64,000 nt of DNA. It comes from Mobula hypostoma (lineage: Eukaryota). The stretch covers positions 104,286,001-104,350,000 of the forward strand of contig NC_086097.1 in NCBI RefSeq assembly GCF_963921235.1, written 5' to 3'. Numbering within the stretch: position 1 is the first letter of the stretch; each line of letters starts with the position of its first letter. Below are positions 12,205 through 24,409 of this stretch, in pieces. The notes under the pieces were generated by a model. The model was given only the letters and a program-made list of their open reading frames with translations, made no database searches and had not been told where the DNA came from. Both the position numbers and the translations under genes were made by a program.

Positions 12205-15200
12205 GTGGAAAGCGGCCAGTGAGTGAGTGGGCCAGTGAAGGAGTGGAGCTTTGAGGCTTTGACTCGAGAGATTCTGGCAGTTTTGGCAGCTGGTCTGTGC
12301 AATCAAGTCAATCAAGATTTGAATAGATCAGCAGAAAGCCATTGATTAGACAATCAAGATTTGAATAGCTCAGACTCAGCAGAAAGCAGCTGATTGGGCA
12401 GTCGAGGTCAGGTGACCAAACATTTTGAAAAGCTCAAACAGATAAATAGAGGGATAACTCAAGCGAAGCGGCCAGTGAGTGAGTGGGCCAATGAAGGAGG
12501 GGAGCTTTGAGGCTTTGACTCGAGAGGCTTCGACGAGAAGAGGCGGAGGACAAGCTAGCTCACAGTTAGTCTTTACAATGCCTCCTGAGATGGTGATGTG
12601 CCTCTCATGTGAAATGTGGCAGTCTTGGGGGAACTCCCCTCTCCTGCAGAGTCACATCTGCCAGAAGTGCATCCAGCTGGGCGATCTGGAAGACCGTGTA
12701 AGGAATCTGGAGCAGCAGCTGGATGACCTTCGACTCATAAGGGAGAATGAGGCAGTCATAGATGAGAGCTATAGGGAGGTAGTCACACCTAGGCTGTCGG
12801 AAGTAGGTCGTTGGGTGACAGAAGGGGGAAAAGCGAAGGTAAGCAGACAGGTAGTGCAGAGCACCCCTGTAGCCATTCCCCTGAATAATAAGTTTACCGT
12901 CCTAGATACTGTTGGCGGGGACGACCGAGCAGGTGTGAGCCACGGTGGCAGGGCCTCCAGCACTGAGTCTGACCCTGTGGTGCAGAAGAGTGGGACGGAG
13001 AAGAGGAGAGCTGTTGTCATTGGAGACTCTATAGTCAGGGGAGCAGACAGGAGATTTTGTGGACGTGAGAAGGACACCTGCATGGTTTGTTGCCTCCCGG
13101 GTGCCAGGGTCCGGGATGTCTCTGACCGGGTGCACGACATCCTGATATGAGAGGGAAAGCAACCAGAAGTCGTGATACATGTTGGGACCAACAACATAGG
13201 CAGGAAGAGGGATGAGGTCCTGAAGTGTGAATTTCTGGAACTGGGCAGAAGGCTGAAGAACAGGACCTCAAGGGTGGCGTTCTCAGGATTGCTGCCGGTG
13301 CTACGTGACAGTGATGGTAAGGATTGGAGGAGATGGCAGTTGAATGCATGGCTGAAGAGTTGGTGCAGGGAGCAGGGTTTTAGGTTTTTAGATCATTGGG
13401 ATCTCTTCTGGGGAAGGTGGGACCTGTACAGATTGGATGGGTTGCACTTGAACTCGAGGGGGAGCAATATCCTTGCAGGTAGGTTTGCTAGCATGGTTCG
13501 GGAGGGTTTAAACTAATTTGCAAGGGGGATGGGACCCAGAGCGATAGAGCAGTGAAAGAAGTGCATGGAGTAAAGCCAGATCTAACATACAGAGAGGCTT
13601 TGAGGAAAGAGAAGCAGAATAAACGGTGTAAAGACAGTAAGGTAGAAGGGCTGAAATGTGTGTACCTCAATGCAAGAAGCATCAGGGACAAAGGTGATGA
13701 ACGGAGAACTTGGATACATACATGGAATTATGATTTAATGGCCATTACAGAGACTTGGCTGGCACCAGGGCAGGAATGAATTCTCAATATTCCTGGATTT
13801 CAGTGCTTTAAAAGGGATAGAGAGCGCGGAAAAAGGGGAAGAGGGGTGGCATTACTGGTCAAGGATACTATTACAGCTACAGAAAGGGTGGGTAATATAG
13901 CATGATCCTCTTTTGAGTCAATATGGATGGAAATCAGGAACAGGAAGGGAGCAGTTACTCTAGGGGGGGTATTCTATAGGCCCCCTGGTAGCAGCAGAGA
14001 TACAGAGGGGCAGATTGGGAGGCAGAGTTTCGAAAGGTGCAAAAATAACAAGGTTGTTATCATGGGTGACTTTAACTTCCCTAATATTGATTGGCACCTG
14101 ATTAGTTCCAAGGGTTTAGATGGGGCAGAGTTTGTTAAGTGTGTCCAGGACAGATTCCTGTCACAGCATGTGGACAGGCCGACCGGGGGAATGCCATACT
14201 AGATCTAGTACTAGGTAATGAACCGGGTCAGGTCACAGATCTCTCAGTGGGTGAGCATCTGGGGGGCAGTGACCACCGCTCCCTGGCCTTTAGCATTATC
14301 ATGGAAAAGGATAGAATCAGAGAGAACAGGAAAATTTTTAATTGGGGAAAGGCAAATTATGAGGCTATAAGGCTAGAACTTGTGGGTGTGAATTGGGATG
14401 ATGTTTTTGCAGGGAAATGTACTATGGACATGTGGTCGATGTTTAGAGATCTCTTGCGGGATGTAAGGGATAAATTTGTCCCGGTGAGGAAGATAAAGAA
14501 TGGTAGGGTGAAGAAACCATGGATGACAAGTGAGGTGGAAAATCTAGTCAGGTGGAAGAAGGCAGCATACATGAGGTTTAGGAAGCAAGGATCAGATGGG
14601 TCTATTGAGGAATATAGGGAAGCAATAAAGGAGCTTAAGGGGCTGAGAAGAGCAAGAAGGGGGCACGAGAAGGCCTTGGTGAGTAGGGTAAAGGAAAACC
14701 CCAAGGCATTCTTCAATTATGTGAAGAAAAGAAGTATGACAGGAGTGAAGGTAGGACCGATGACAGATAAAGGTGGGAACATGTGCCTGGAGGCTGTGGA
14801 AGTGAGCGAGGTCCTCAATGAATACTTCTCTTCGGTATTCACCAATGAGACGGAACTTGATGATGGTGAGGACAATATGAGTGAGGTTGATGTTCTGGAG
14901 CATGTTGATATTAAGGGAGAGGAGGTGTTGGAGTTGTTAAAATACATTAGGACAGCTAAGTCCCCGGGGCCTGACGGAATATTCCCCAGGCTGCTCCACG
15001 AGGCGAGAGAAGAGATTGCTGAGCCTCTGGCTAGGATCTTTATGTCCTCGTTGTCCACGGGAATGGTACCAGAGGATTGGAAGGAGGCGGATGTTGACCT
15101 CTTGTTCAAAAAAGGTAGTAGGGATACTCCGGGTAATTAAAGACCAGTGAGCCTTACGTCTGTGGTGGAAAAGCTGTTGGAAAAGATTCTTAGAGATAGG

Positions 15201-16520
15201 ATCTATAGGCATTTAGAGAATCATGGTCTGATCAGGGACAGTCAGCATGGCTTTGTGAAGGGCAGATTGTGTCTAACAAGCCTGATAGAGTTCTTTGAGG
15301 AGGTGACCAGGCATATAGATGAGGGTAGTGCAGTGGATGTGATCTATATGGATTTTAGTAAGGCATTTGACAAGGTTCCACACGGTTCCACACGGTTCCA
15401 CACGGTAGGCTTATTCAGAAAGCTAGAAGGTATGGGATCCAGGGAAGTTTGGCCAGGTGGTTTCAGAATTGGCTTGCTTGCAGAAGGCAGAGGGTGGTGG
15501 TGGAGGGAGTACATTCAGATTGGAGGATTGCGACTAGTGGTGTCCCACAAGGATCTGTTCTGGGATCTCTACTTTTCGTGATTTTTATTAATGACCTGGA
15601 TGTGGGGGTAGAAGGGTGGGTTGGCAAGTTTGCAGACGACACAAAGGTTGGTGGTGTTGTGGATAGTGTAGAGGATTGTCAAAGATTGTAGAGAGACATT
15701 GATAGGATGCAGAAGTGGACTGAGAAGTGGCAGATGGAGTTCAACCTGGAGAAGTGTGAGGTGGTACACTTTGGAAGGACAAACTCCAAGGCAGAGTACA
15801 AAGTAAATGGCAGGATACTTGGTAGTGTGGAGGAGCAGAGGGAACTCAGGTACATGTCCACAGATCTCTGAAAGTTGCCTCACAGGTGGATAGGGTAGTT
15901 AAGAAAGCTTATGGGGTGTTAGCTTTCATAGGTCGAGGGATAGAGTTTAAGAGTCGCGATGTAATGATGCAGCTTTATAAAACTCTGGTTAGGCCACACT
16001 TGGAGTACTGTGTCCAGTTCTGGTTACCTCACTATAGGAAGGATGCGGAAGCATTGGAAAGGGAACAGAGGAGATTTACCAGCATGCTGCCTGGTTTAGA
16101 AAGTATGCATTATGATCAGAGATTAAGGGAGCTAGGGCTTTACTCTTTGGAGAGAAGGAGGATGAGAGGAGACATGATAGAGGTATACAAGATAATAAGA
16201 GGAATAGATAGAGTGGATAGCCAGCGCCTCTTCCCCAGGGCACCACTGCTCAATACAAGAGGACATGGCTTTAAGGTAAGGGGTGGGAAGTTCAAGGGGG
16301 ATATTAGAGGAAGTTGTTTTACTCAGAGAGTGGTTGGTGCGTGGAATGCACTGCCTGAGTCAGTCGTGGAGGCAGATACACTAGTGAAGTTTAAGAGACT
16401 ACTAGACAGCTATATGGAGGAACTTAAGGTGGGGGCTTATATGGGAGGCAGGGTTTGAGGGTCGGCACAACATTGTGGGCCGAAGGGCCTATACTGTGCT
16501 TTACTATTCTGTGTTCTATG
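12205..16520 (+). mobile_element. Full-length CR1 LINE (5' UTR, ORF1, ORF2, 3' tail) with several stops and frameshifts
   Basis: ORF1 at 12578-13516; ORF2 endonuclease from about 13650 (YLNARSI) through FADD (about 15630) to the stop at 16458; tail TATTCTGTGTTCTATGT. Confidence 0.92.
12578..13516 (+). pseudogene. CR1 ORF1: Cys motif, coiled coil and SGNH/GDSL esterase
   Basis: CLSCEMW..CQKC, heptad LEDRVRNLEQQLDDL, VVIGDSIVRG, HVGTNN, DGLHLN; one frameshift at about 13145. Confidence 0.85.
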
Positions 16521-19500
16521 TAACATCTGGTTGGAGGCTTCCCAGAAAGAATATGAAGTATCACTCCTCCAGTATGAGGATGGCTTCATCGTGGCAGTAG
16601 ATGAAGCTATGGACCGGCATGTGAGAATGGGAAGTAGAGTTAAAATGAGTGGCCACCAGGAAACCCTGCCTATTATAGTGATGGTCATTGATGAAGGTAG
16701 TGCTGTGGATGTTGTCTATGTGGATTTTAGTAAGGTGTTTGACAAAGTTCCATGTGGTAGGTTCATCCAGAAGATTAAGATGCAGGGAATCCATGGTGAA
16801 TTGGCCTTTTGGATTCAGAATTAGAATTAGAGGGAAGAGGTAGATGGGTGAAAGTCTGTGACTGATGGTGTACTGCAAGGATCAAACATCAGAGGTGTAG
16901 AGGGACTTGGCAGTCCTTGTGCAAGACTCCTTGAAGGTTAATTTACAGGTTGAGTCTGTGGTGAGGCAATGTTGGCATTTATTTTAAGGGAATTAGAATA
17001 TGAAAGCAAGGAGATAATGCCAGGCCTTTATAAGACACTAGTCAGGCCGCACTTGGGGTATTGTCAACAGTTTTGGGCACCATGTCTCAGAAAGGATGTG
17101 TTGTCATTGGAGAGAGTCCAGAGGAGGTTCACGAGGCAATGAAAGGGTTAACATATGAGAAGCGTTTGGCAGCTTTGGGTCTATACTCACTGGAATTTAG
17201 AAGAATGTGTGGGGATCTCATTGAAACCTACTGAATATTGAAAGGACAAGATAAGGTGGATGTGGAGAGGATGTTTCCTATGGTGGGGGGTACCCAGAAC
17301 TAGAGGGCAACCTTTTAGTATAGAGGTAAGGAGAAATTTTTTTTAGTTTGAGTAGTGAATCTGTGGAATGCTTTGCCACAGACTGGATGAGGCAAGGTCC
17401 ATGGGTATATTTAAGGTGGAAGTTGATAGTTTTCTGAGTCATCACGACATCAAAGGATAAGGTAAGACTCAATTCCGGCAGCTGATTTGACTTCAGAGCA
17501 GTCAGGTTACAGTAAACTTGTGGAATGGCGCTATCAGAAGCTCCCAATTGATCTACCGCTCAATCCTGCCCTTGCCTTCCGTCTGTCTTCATCATTATGG
17601 CAAACTGGCACATGGCTTTCACCCCCCGAGACAGTAACACTCTCCCACTCTTCGTCTCTGTCCAGCCCTTCATGCGCTCATTGGGACAAAGCATCAGCAT
17701 CAATGTTCCTACTTCCTGGCTGGTACTTTAGGCTGAAATCATAGGCAGACAACGCCGCCAACCACAGATGGCCTGTGGCAATCATTTTCACCAAGGTCAG
17801 GTTATAAGTTAAGGGATTGTTGTCCGTCCTCACCGTAAACTTGGCACCATAGAGGTAGTCACTCAGCTTATCCACCACAGCCCATTTCAACGTCAAAAAT
17901 TCCAACTTGTGCGTGGGGTAGTTTTTCTCAGAGGGCAACAGACTCCGGCTGGCATCTGGTCTCAACCCGGTGCCCTAATCCTGATACAGGAAACCCCCTA
18001 AGCCCTCTCTGCTGGCATCCGTATGCAGTACATACGGCAGTCGAGGGTCTGCAAAAGTCAACACTGGTGCCTGGGTCAGCATATCCTCTCGCGACCGAAA
18101 GGCCTCTTCATATTTCACATCCCACAACAGAGCGTCCCTTGTAGGGCTAAGGTACTCTACCCTCCTCTCCTTTTGTCCTCCTCCCTTTCTTCCCCAAGGG
18201 AGGGTAACCACACAGAAGCTGATTCAACAGGTGACTCATTTTCGCATAGCCCTTCACGAACCTCCGATAGTAACCACAAAACCCAAGGAACAAGCCAAAA
18301 GCGCTCACAGTCTGGGGCCTTGGCCAGGTGGTCATCACTTCTATCTTAGACGGATCTGTAGTTACTCCATTCTGTGAAACTATGTGCCCAACATAGCTAA
18401 CAGACGTCTTGCAGGACTAGCAGTTGACCAGGGAAAGCCCTTCTTCATGTTCTTCCAAAGTGGACCGAAATCTGGATGAAGCCATCCAGATGCACCAATA
18501 CCTCAAGCAAGTTCATATCCCCCACCGTTTTCTCCATGACATGCTGGAAGGTCGCAGGGCCTATCAATATGCCCTGGGGCATCCTTTCGAACTGGAAGAA
18601 TCCAGTGGACATGTAAATGCTGTCTTCTCTTTGTCAGCCTCACTCATGGGGATCTGGTTATTTCCACTCCTCAAGTCCAGCACACTTGAAATGCTTCACA
18701 CCACTCAGACAGGCCAGCGCGTCTTCGATCCTTGGGACCATATATTGGTCGGGGTTGGGATACCTGTTCAAAGTCCTATAGTCCACACACATCCGTATCT
18801 TCCCATTTTTCTTCCTGGCCTACTGAGACGCATAGGGGCTTTGAGACTTGGTGATGATCCCAGCCTCCTTCAAATTACACAAATGCTGCCAAACGTCTTC
18901 CGCCTATGCAGCCTGGTGTCCTCAGTTACCTGGATAGTGTGATGAGCGCTCTTGGGACAACCCACTTCAAAATCATCAGTGGAAAAGACACCTTCCAGCT
19001 TCAACATCTTCTCTACCAGCTTCTTCCAACCTGCAGGTACTGGGGAGTTCCCGAAGTTGAATGACTCAGCGGTCAACTTTCCTCCCTTTTCCACTGGTTT
19101 CTCCCTGGCTTGTCTCACAGGGACACAAGATATTACTGTCACCAGAAAAAGGTGCGCCAGGGGCCATCCCCCGCTTGAAGGTGACCTCCTTCCTCGTAGT
19201 GATCCTGACAGTCACTGCCATCCTGTTCGTCTGTACAACCGAGGGTTTCTGCAGTTCGGACCTCACCAGTACCCCAGCAGGCATTTCCGACTCCTCTTCG
19301 TGGTGTTCTGGAGCATCCATCAAGAAGGCCTTGCCTTCGAGTATTCCAGAAAATTTGGGGTTTCCCATTATTTTCGTTAATTCCCTGGGCCGTAACACAA
19401 TTGGCTTGGAATGGGTGAACCACACGGTCCCTCGTCTAAACTCGTTGTCCGGCCCACTGCAGCCACGCATTTCCTCAAAAACAGCTCGAAACACCAGGTG

Positions 19501-19959
19501 AATGGACAATGTTCTTAGGAAGCTCTCTCCAGCTTTCTCCTTGCAGGCTCCCATGAGCCTCCTCGCAATAGGAGTGTTGGTCTCCACAAGAATTGGAACA
19601 CCGACTCTCTCAATGGGGTCCGGACAAACTAGAGCTAATGTATCAAGGACCTCAGCCACTCTCACATCATCCTCTGAAAACTCCAGCTTCACTGACAAAT
19701 AACCATCATACAGATTATCACCCACACTAAGACCCCAGATCTCTAGTGCACTGACTGGCATCAATGGTAAATGCGTCAAATACTGGTTGTAAAATGAATG
19801 GTACAGCAACATGACCTGCGACCCTGTGTCAAGTATGGCTCTAGCATAAATACCCTCTATCTGTAGCGATACACTGGAGCTTGGCCCCACTAAGCCTTCA
19901 GGAAAATCGTTTTTTGCGTTAGGGTGTTCCTTGATATATTGCTGGGAATGTATTCCCCT

Positions 19960-21389
19960 CGATATGCCAGGCCATCCCCTCACTGGGTCTCTTTTAAACT
20001 TTTCCAACAACTTTCTCTGCCTAGGTACTTGGGGGCTCACTCTCTGAAAGATTTCCTGTCCTTCACACTCCCACCTGAAGTGTCCCTCTTCACCAGAGTT
20101 ATAACAAATACTGGCTGCTCCCCTTCTTGTGTGACACCAGCTGCTAGCAGCCTTCCATATAATCAGTCCGCTTAGAGGATCCACCTCCCTATCAGCTCCA
20201 TCATATGGGGGGGGGGTTCACACCTGCTGATAACAACTGGGACATCTCAGTTCTCAACTCTACCACAGTCTCCTCTACTCCCCGGGGCAGGCTATCCGTG
20301 GTCACTTCATCGCAGGGGACCACCACCGAGGACTGTACCCTGCTGACGGAGGCCTCCTGTACCTCTGACACATTCTCCTCCTCTTGTACCTCTGATCAGC
20401 CCAACAAACAAGGGGGGTGCGCGTCTTACGAGATAGTTGGACATCCCAAGCGATCAGGTCCTGGGACTGGGTGCCCATTGCTATCTGGTCCATTCTTAAC
20501 TGATCCACCTCAGCTGTCTGAAGGCCCCACTACGCTGCAAGCAATGTAGCTGCCTCTCTAGCCGAAAAATGTAGGCAGAAAGCTTCTCCCCCTTCTCCTG
20601 ATGCATGTTCTGAAACCCTGCTTTTAGCTCCATTGGGTTTCCTGTCATGCCAAACACATTTTCCAATGCTCCCATGTAGTCGGACTTCAAGGCTCTCACC
20701 ACGTCAGCAGCCTGCCCCCTCAACCGCTCAACCAATCTCTGTCACTTTACGTCAACAGAGCACTGCCACTCATCTAACAAATGAGAGGTCTGCTCCACCC
20801 AAGTCTCATACTCCTCTTCCCTTTTTAGGGGTGGGCTTCGTTCCTGAGAATAGGCAGAGCCTGCCATAGCTGGGACTTTGGACCTGGGCATTTTTCCATT
20901 TATTTGCCAGAGAGATAAGGGCAGATACTAACTCAGAATTCTCACTCTTCCTTGGGGGGTGGGGACTAATTAGACATTCCAAATCTGACCACTCCTTCCC
21001 CTCACTCCTCAGAAACGATAGAACCCCGTCTTTCAAGTCTCCACCCCCAGCTAGGGAAACTCGACTTGTGATTCGGCCCGCTCCACTACACACTCTTCCT
21101 CCCTGACAGTATGGACAGTCCATGGCCCCACCTCATCTGGGGCACCGATATTACTGGGCAGCTCCACTGCTGTTACGTCAGCGCTAGTCTGCAGTAAAAT
21201 GAGGTTGGTGCCCGCCATTTGATCAAACCTCCGCCCAGCAATCGTAATTTTGCCGACAGCTGTAACAGTACTTAACAGGCGAATTAACAATTCATCCAGA
21301 GTACGAACACCTACTCCATTCAACACATACACATTAGTTACCGGTAACCCCGTGGATGAACACCACTGCTCCACCCCAGCTGCATCCAT
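19960..21389 (-). pseudogene. PNMA/Ma-like Gag (N-terminal domain, capsid, zinc knuckle), frameshifted
   Basis: YGRLCLFSGTKPTP, VERLRGQAADVV, ALENVFG, HQEKGEKLSAYIFRLE resemble the recalled PNMA capsid motifs (YRKLRVFSG, ESLRGPA, QEEGEKVSAYVLRLE); split over at least four ORFs. Confidence 0.8.
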
Positions 21390-21462
21390 ACTGGCACAAA
21401 CTTAAAACACACAACCCACTGGTTCATTTCTCAGGGCAATCACACAGCATCCAACGAAATCA

Positions 21463-21482
21463 ATCCCAGAACGAAACCCCCA
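21463..21482 (-). promoter_or_regulatory. Degenerate primer-binding site, tRNA-Pro type
   Basis: TGGGGGTTTCGTTCTGGGAT begins 4 nt after the LTR; the canonical tRNA-Pro PBS is TGGGGGCTCGTCCGGGAT. Confidence 0.65.
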
Positions 21483-21486
21483 CAAA

Positions 21487-22044
21487 TGTAACCCTCAGAT
21501 TCGGCCAGCTGTGTTAATCGAAGGGAAGACAGTCTCCGGCCCCGCTAAACTTATGAATTGTCGTTTGTGTGGATGCTGCATGATGTTTTCCCCTGTTACA
21601 AATCATATCAGAAAATAACAGACAGTTCACCATATGCAATTAAACGATTTATCTTTGTAATTCTTAATTTGACTAGAGGGTTAGTAAAGAAAAACAAAGA
21701 AAAGTATCTATTTTAATGAAACAGTCTAATATGCACGTTGGAGCTCACAGTTTCCCTGTCCATTAGTTCTCCATCGATTTCTCCCGGGCATCATCAACTC
21801 CCGGCCCCATTCCATGTCCACTCCATCCTGCAGTCTCCGACCTCTCCATTCCGGCATCTTCTCTCTCCGTCTTCCGCCGAACAAAGCCCGTGAATCCCTC
21901 GCTCTTGGGCACACAAGAAAGAAAAACACTCCCCTCATTGGACAGCATACATTCCAAAGCCCCCGTTATCTCTATTCATAACCCTAACACTGCTGCTACA
22001 GAGAAACCATTACGTTAGCAGTGAACCTTTCTCAGGGTATTACA
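21487..22044 (-). repeat. 5' LTR of the Gypsy element (558 bp)
   Basis: Inverted termini TGTAACCCT (21487) and AGGGTATTACA (22044); adjacent to the PBS and upstream of the gag start at 21389. Confidence 0.85.
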
Positions 22045-22810
22045 TACACAATTTACATCCTGAAATTTCTTTTCTTTGCGAACATCCAGGAAAACAGAGG
22101 AGTGCCCCAAAGAATGAATGACAGTTAAATGTTAGAACCCCAAAGCCCTCCCAAACTCCCCCCACCCACGCACAAGCAAGGCAACGACCCCCCCAGCCAG
22201 CAAAAAAGCATCAGCGCCCCCACCAAGCACTCAAGCGTGCAGAAAAGCATCAGTAAAGACACAGACTTGCAGTACCCCAAAGACTAGTTGTTCACCCGGC
22301 ATTAAACATACCACAGGCTCTCTCTCTCCATAATAAGGGGAAAAGGGGTGTCCCCATTTCACAGCAAGAGGGGAGACATGACAAAACAACTTGCTGATTT
22401 ATGGTGTTAAAAGTCTGTTGCATCACTTTTTCCAAGCTCTGTGCCTGTGAGCACATAGCCAACAGCAAGCAAGCCCACTACTTCTGATCTTCCTTGTTCT
22501 TCCGTGACGCATCAGTAGGCGGCAGCGGCAGCAGCGTCAAATCAGCCTGCCTCCAAAAGCACGAAAATCCGGCACTTGCATTTCAGGCCGTGTCCTTGGT
22601 ATATCAAAAAGCAGCTGGTCACGAAGCCCTGCGAGCGGGTCCCATTCCCGCAGAGAACTGAAGTCAGAGTGTAACTCCAGGTCAAGGTCTTCAAAAGAAC
22701 CTTGAAAGGGAGAAAGAGAGATATCAAAGATAGAAATAGAGCTGTTTCCTAAGATGCAAGCGAAGGAGTTGCAGTTTAGTGCCATCATCACTCAGCTCTG
22801 CCTCTTCAGA
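22045..22810 (-). mobile_element. Non-coding non-autonomous element with a GATGGC head
   Basis: Minus-strand head TGATGATGGCACT, GC-rich body, AT-rich distal part; similar layout to the other non-autonomous elements in the window; no ORF homology. Confidence 0.4.
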
Positions 22811-22814
22811 AATC

Positions 22815-23530
22815 AAAGATGAAAAAGAAGTTAGGAGTCCTTGTGCAGAGTTCGATAGAAGGCTACTTTGCAGAATGGGTCAGTGGTAAGGAAGGTGAAT
22901 GCAGTGTTAGTATTCTTTGCAAGAAGGTTAGAAGGCAAGAGCGAGGATGTAATGCCAAGGCTTTAAAAGATATTGGTTAGACAGCACTTGGAGTATTGTG
23001 AGCAGTTTTGAACTCTTTATCTGAGAAAAGATGTGTTGGCATTGGCAATTGATCAGAGAAGATTCACGAAAATTATCCCAGATAATGAAAGAGTGAACAA
23101 ACGAGGAATGTTTGATGGCCCTGGGCCTGTGATCACTAGAATTTTGAAGAATGGGGAGGAGGGGATCTCATTTGAGCCTATCGAATATTGAAAGGCGTAG
23201 ACTGAGTTGACATAGAAAGGATGTTTCCTATGATGGGAGAGTCGAGGGCCAGAGGACACAGCCTCAGAATACAAGAACGTCCTTTCAAAAAATATGAGAA
23301 GAAATTTCTTTAGCTGGAGGGCTGTGAATCTGTGGAACTCATTGCTACAGATAGTTGTGGGGGCCAATTCATTGGATATGTTTAAAGTGGAGTTTGACTG
23401 ACTCGTAATTAATCAGGGTGTCAAAGATTATAGGAAGAAGGCAGGAGAATGGGTTTGAGAGGAACAATAAATTAGCCGTGATGGAATGGTGCAGCAGACT
23501 TGATGGACCGAATGGCCTAATTCTGGTCTT
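22815..23530 (+). mobile_element. Degraded CR1 3' portion
   Basis: CACTTGGAGTATTGTGAGCAGTTTT (HLEYC-like), GTGAATCTGTGGAAC and a CR1-type 3' UTR. Confidence 0.75.
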
Positions 23531-23584
23531 AAGTATACAGTTGAATGGTGTACTTTTATTAGTCAAGGAGTTGAGTTAAAGAGT

Positions 23585-24408
23585 CAGGAGCTGGAGGTAG
23601 TTCACGAGTTTACATACCTTGGCTCCACCATCATGGACAGCCTCTCCCAAGACCCCGAGATCAATAGATGGATCGGACGAGCAACCTCAACATTCACCAG
23701 GCTGACAAAGAGAGTCTGGGAGAACAGAAAGCTGACGACGCACACCAAAGTTGAAGTCTACAGGGCCTACGTCCTCAGCACGCTGCTTTACGGCAGCAAG
23801 ACCTGCAGCCTCTACTGCAGACAAAGAGCGGCATCTCAACGCTTTCCACCTTCGCAGCCTGAGACGCATCCTGGGCATCACGTGGACTGACCGAGTCACC
23901 AACAATGAGGTCCTGGCCCGTGCCCAGATACCCAGCCTCGTCACCCTGCTCCAACATCTCCGCTGGCTGGGCCACGTACACTGCATGTCAGACGGGAGGA
24001 TCCCGAAAGACCTGCTGTACGGGGAACTGGCCTCCGGCAGGAGAGCACAAGGACTGCTTCATCTTCGTTTCAAAGACGTTTGCAAGAGAGACGTGAAGTC
24101 ACTGAAAACGAAAGTCAAGAGGTGGGAGGACATCGCAAGTAATCGCTCTCACTGAAGGCTGGAACTACGCAGAGGTCTAAAAAGAGAAGAGAAGCTGAGG
24201 CTTGCTGCTGAAGAAAAGCGCACTCGTCAGAAAAACAGCACCAAGACAACACCGGAGGACAGCGCCTTCAAGTGCAGTCGCTGCAGGCAAGACTGTCACT
24301 CCCGTGTGGGACTCTACAGCCACAACAGATGCTGCTCTAACACAGACTGAAGCAAGACTTTCCAGACGCAGATCCATGGTCTCGTGAGACTAACGGATGC
24401 CACCACAA
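23585..24408 (+). mobile_element. RTE-clade LINE 3' end with C-terminal Cys/His finger
   Basis: EVVHEFTYLGS, KVEVYRAYVLSTLLYGS, LRRILGITWTDRVTNNEVL, LRWLGHV..DGRIPKDLLYGEL, FKCSRCRQDCHSRVGLYSH; short 3' UTR with a GTCTCGTGAGAC palindrome. Confidence 0.88.
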
Positions 24409-24409
24409 A

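Larger units (their letters stand above)
11812..16678 (-). mobile_element. Penelope-like 3' fragment in two halves (11812-12204 and 16521-16678)
   Basis: Terminal repeat with a decayed hammerhead motif at 11871-11910; VATHFNSTSHSH-type GIY-YIG C-terminus at 16560-16678; the two halves are collinear across the CR1 insertion. Confidence 0.7.
11031..17466 (+). mobile_element. Old CR1 ORF2 in two halves (11031-11811 and 16679-17466)
   Basis: NYRPVSLTS-type sequence at about 11590; the RT breaks at ..GATGAAGATG (11811) and resumes at IDEGSAVDVVYVDFSKVFDKVP (about 16688). Confidence 0.75.
17467..22044 (-). mobile_element. Decayed Ty3/Gypsy LTR retrotransposon with PNMA-like Gag; integrase and 3' LTR absent
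   Basis: 5' LTR, PBS, gag, knuckle CYNSGEEGHFRWEC, protease LDTGSQV (DTG at 19822-19830), RT with YLDD decayed to HLDG (about 18481-18495), FLGFCGYYRRFV, RNase H LHTDASREGLGG..EKNYPTHKLEFL..TDNNPL..DADALS. Confidence 0.92.

Noticed and set aside
19960..21389. Domesticated PNMA-like host gene
   Set aside because: It has multiple frameshifts and still sits between an LTR/PBS and pol, so it is a dead retrotransposon copy.
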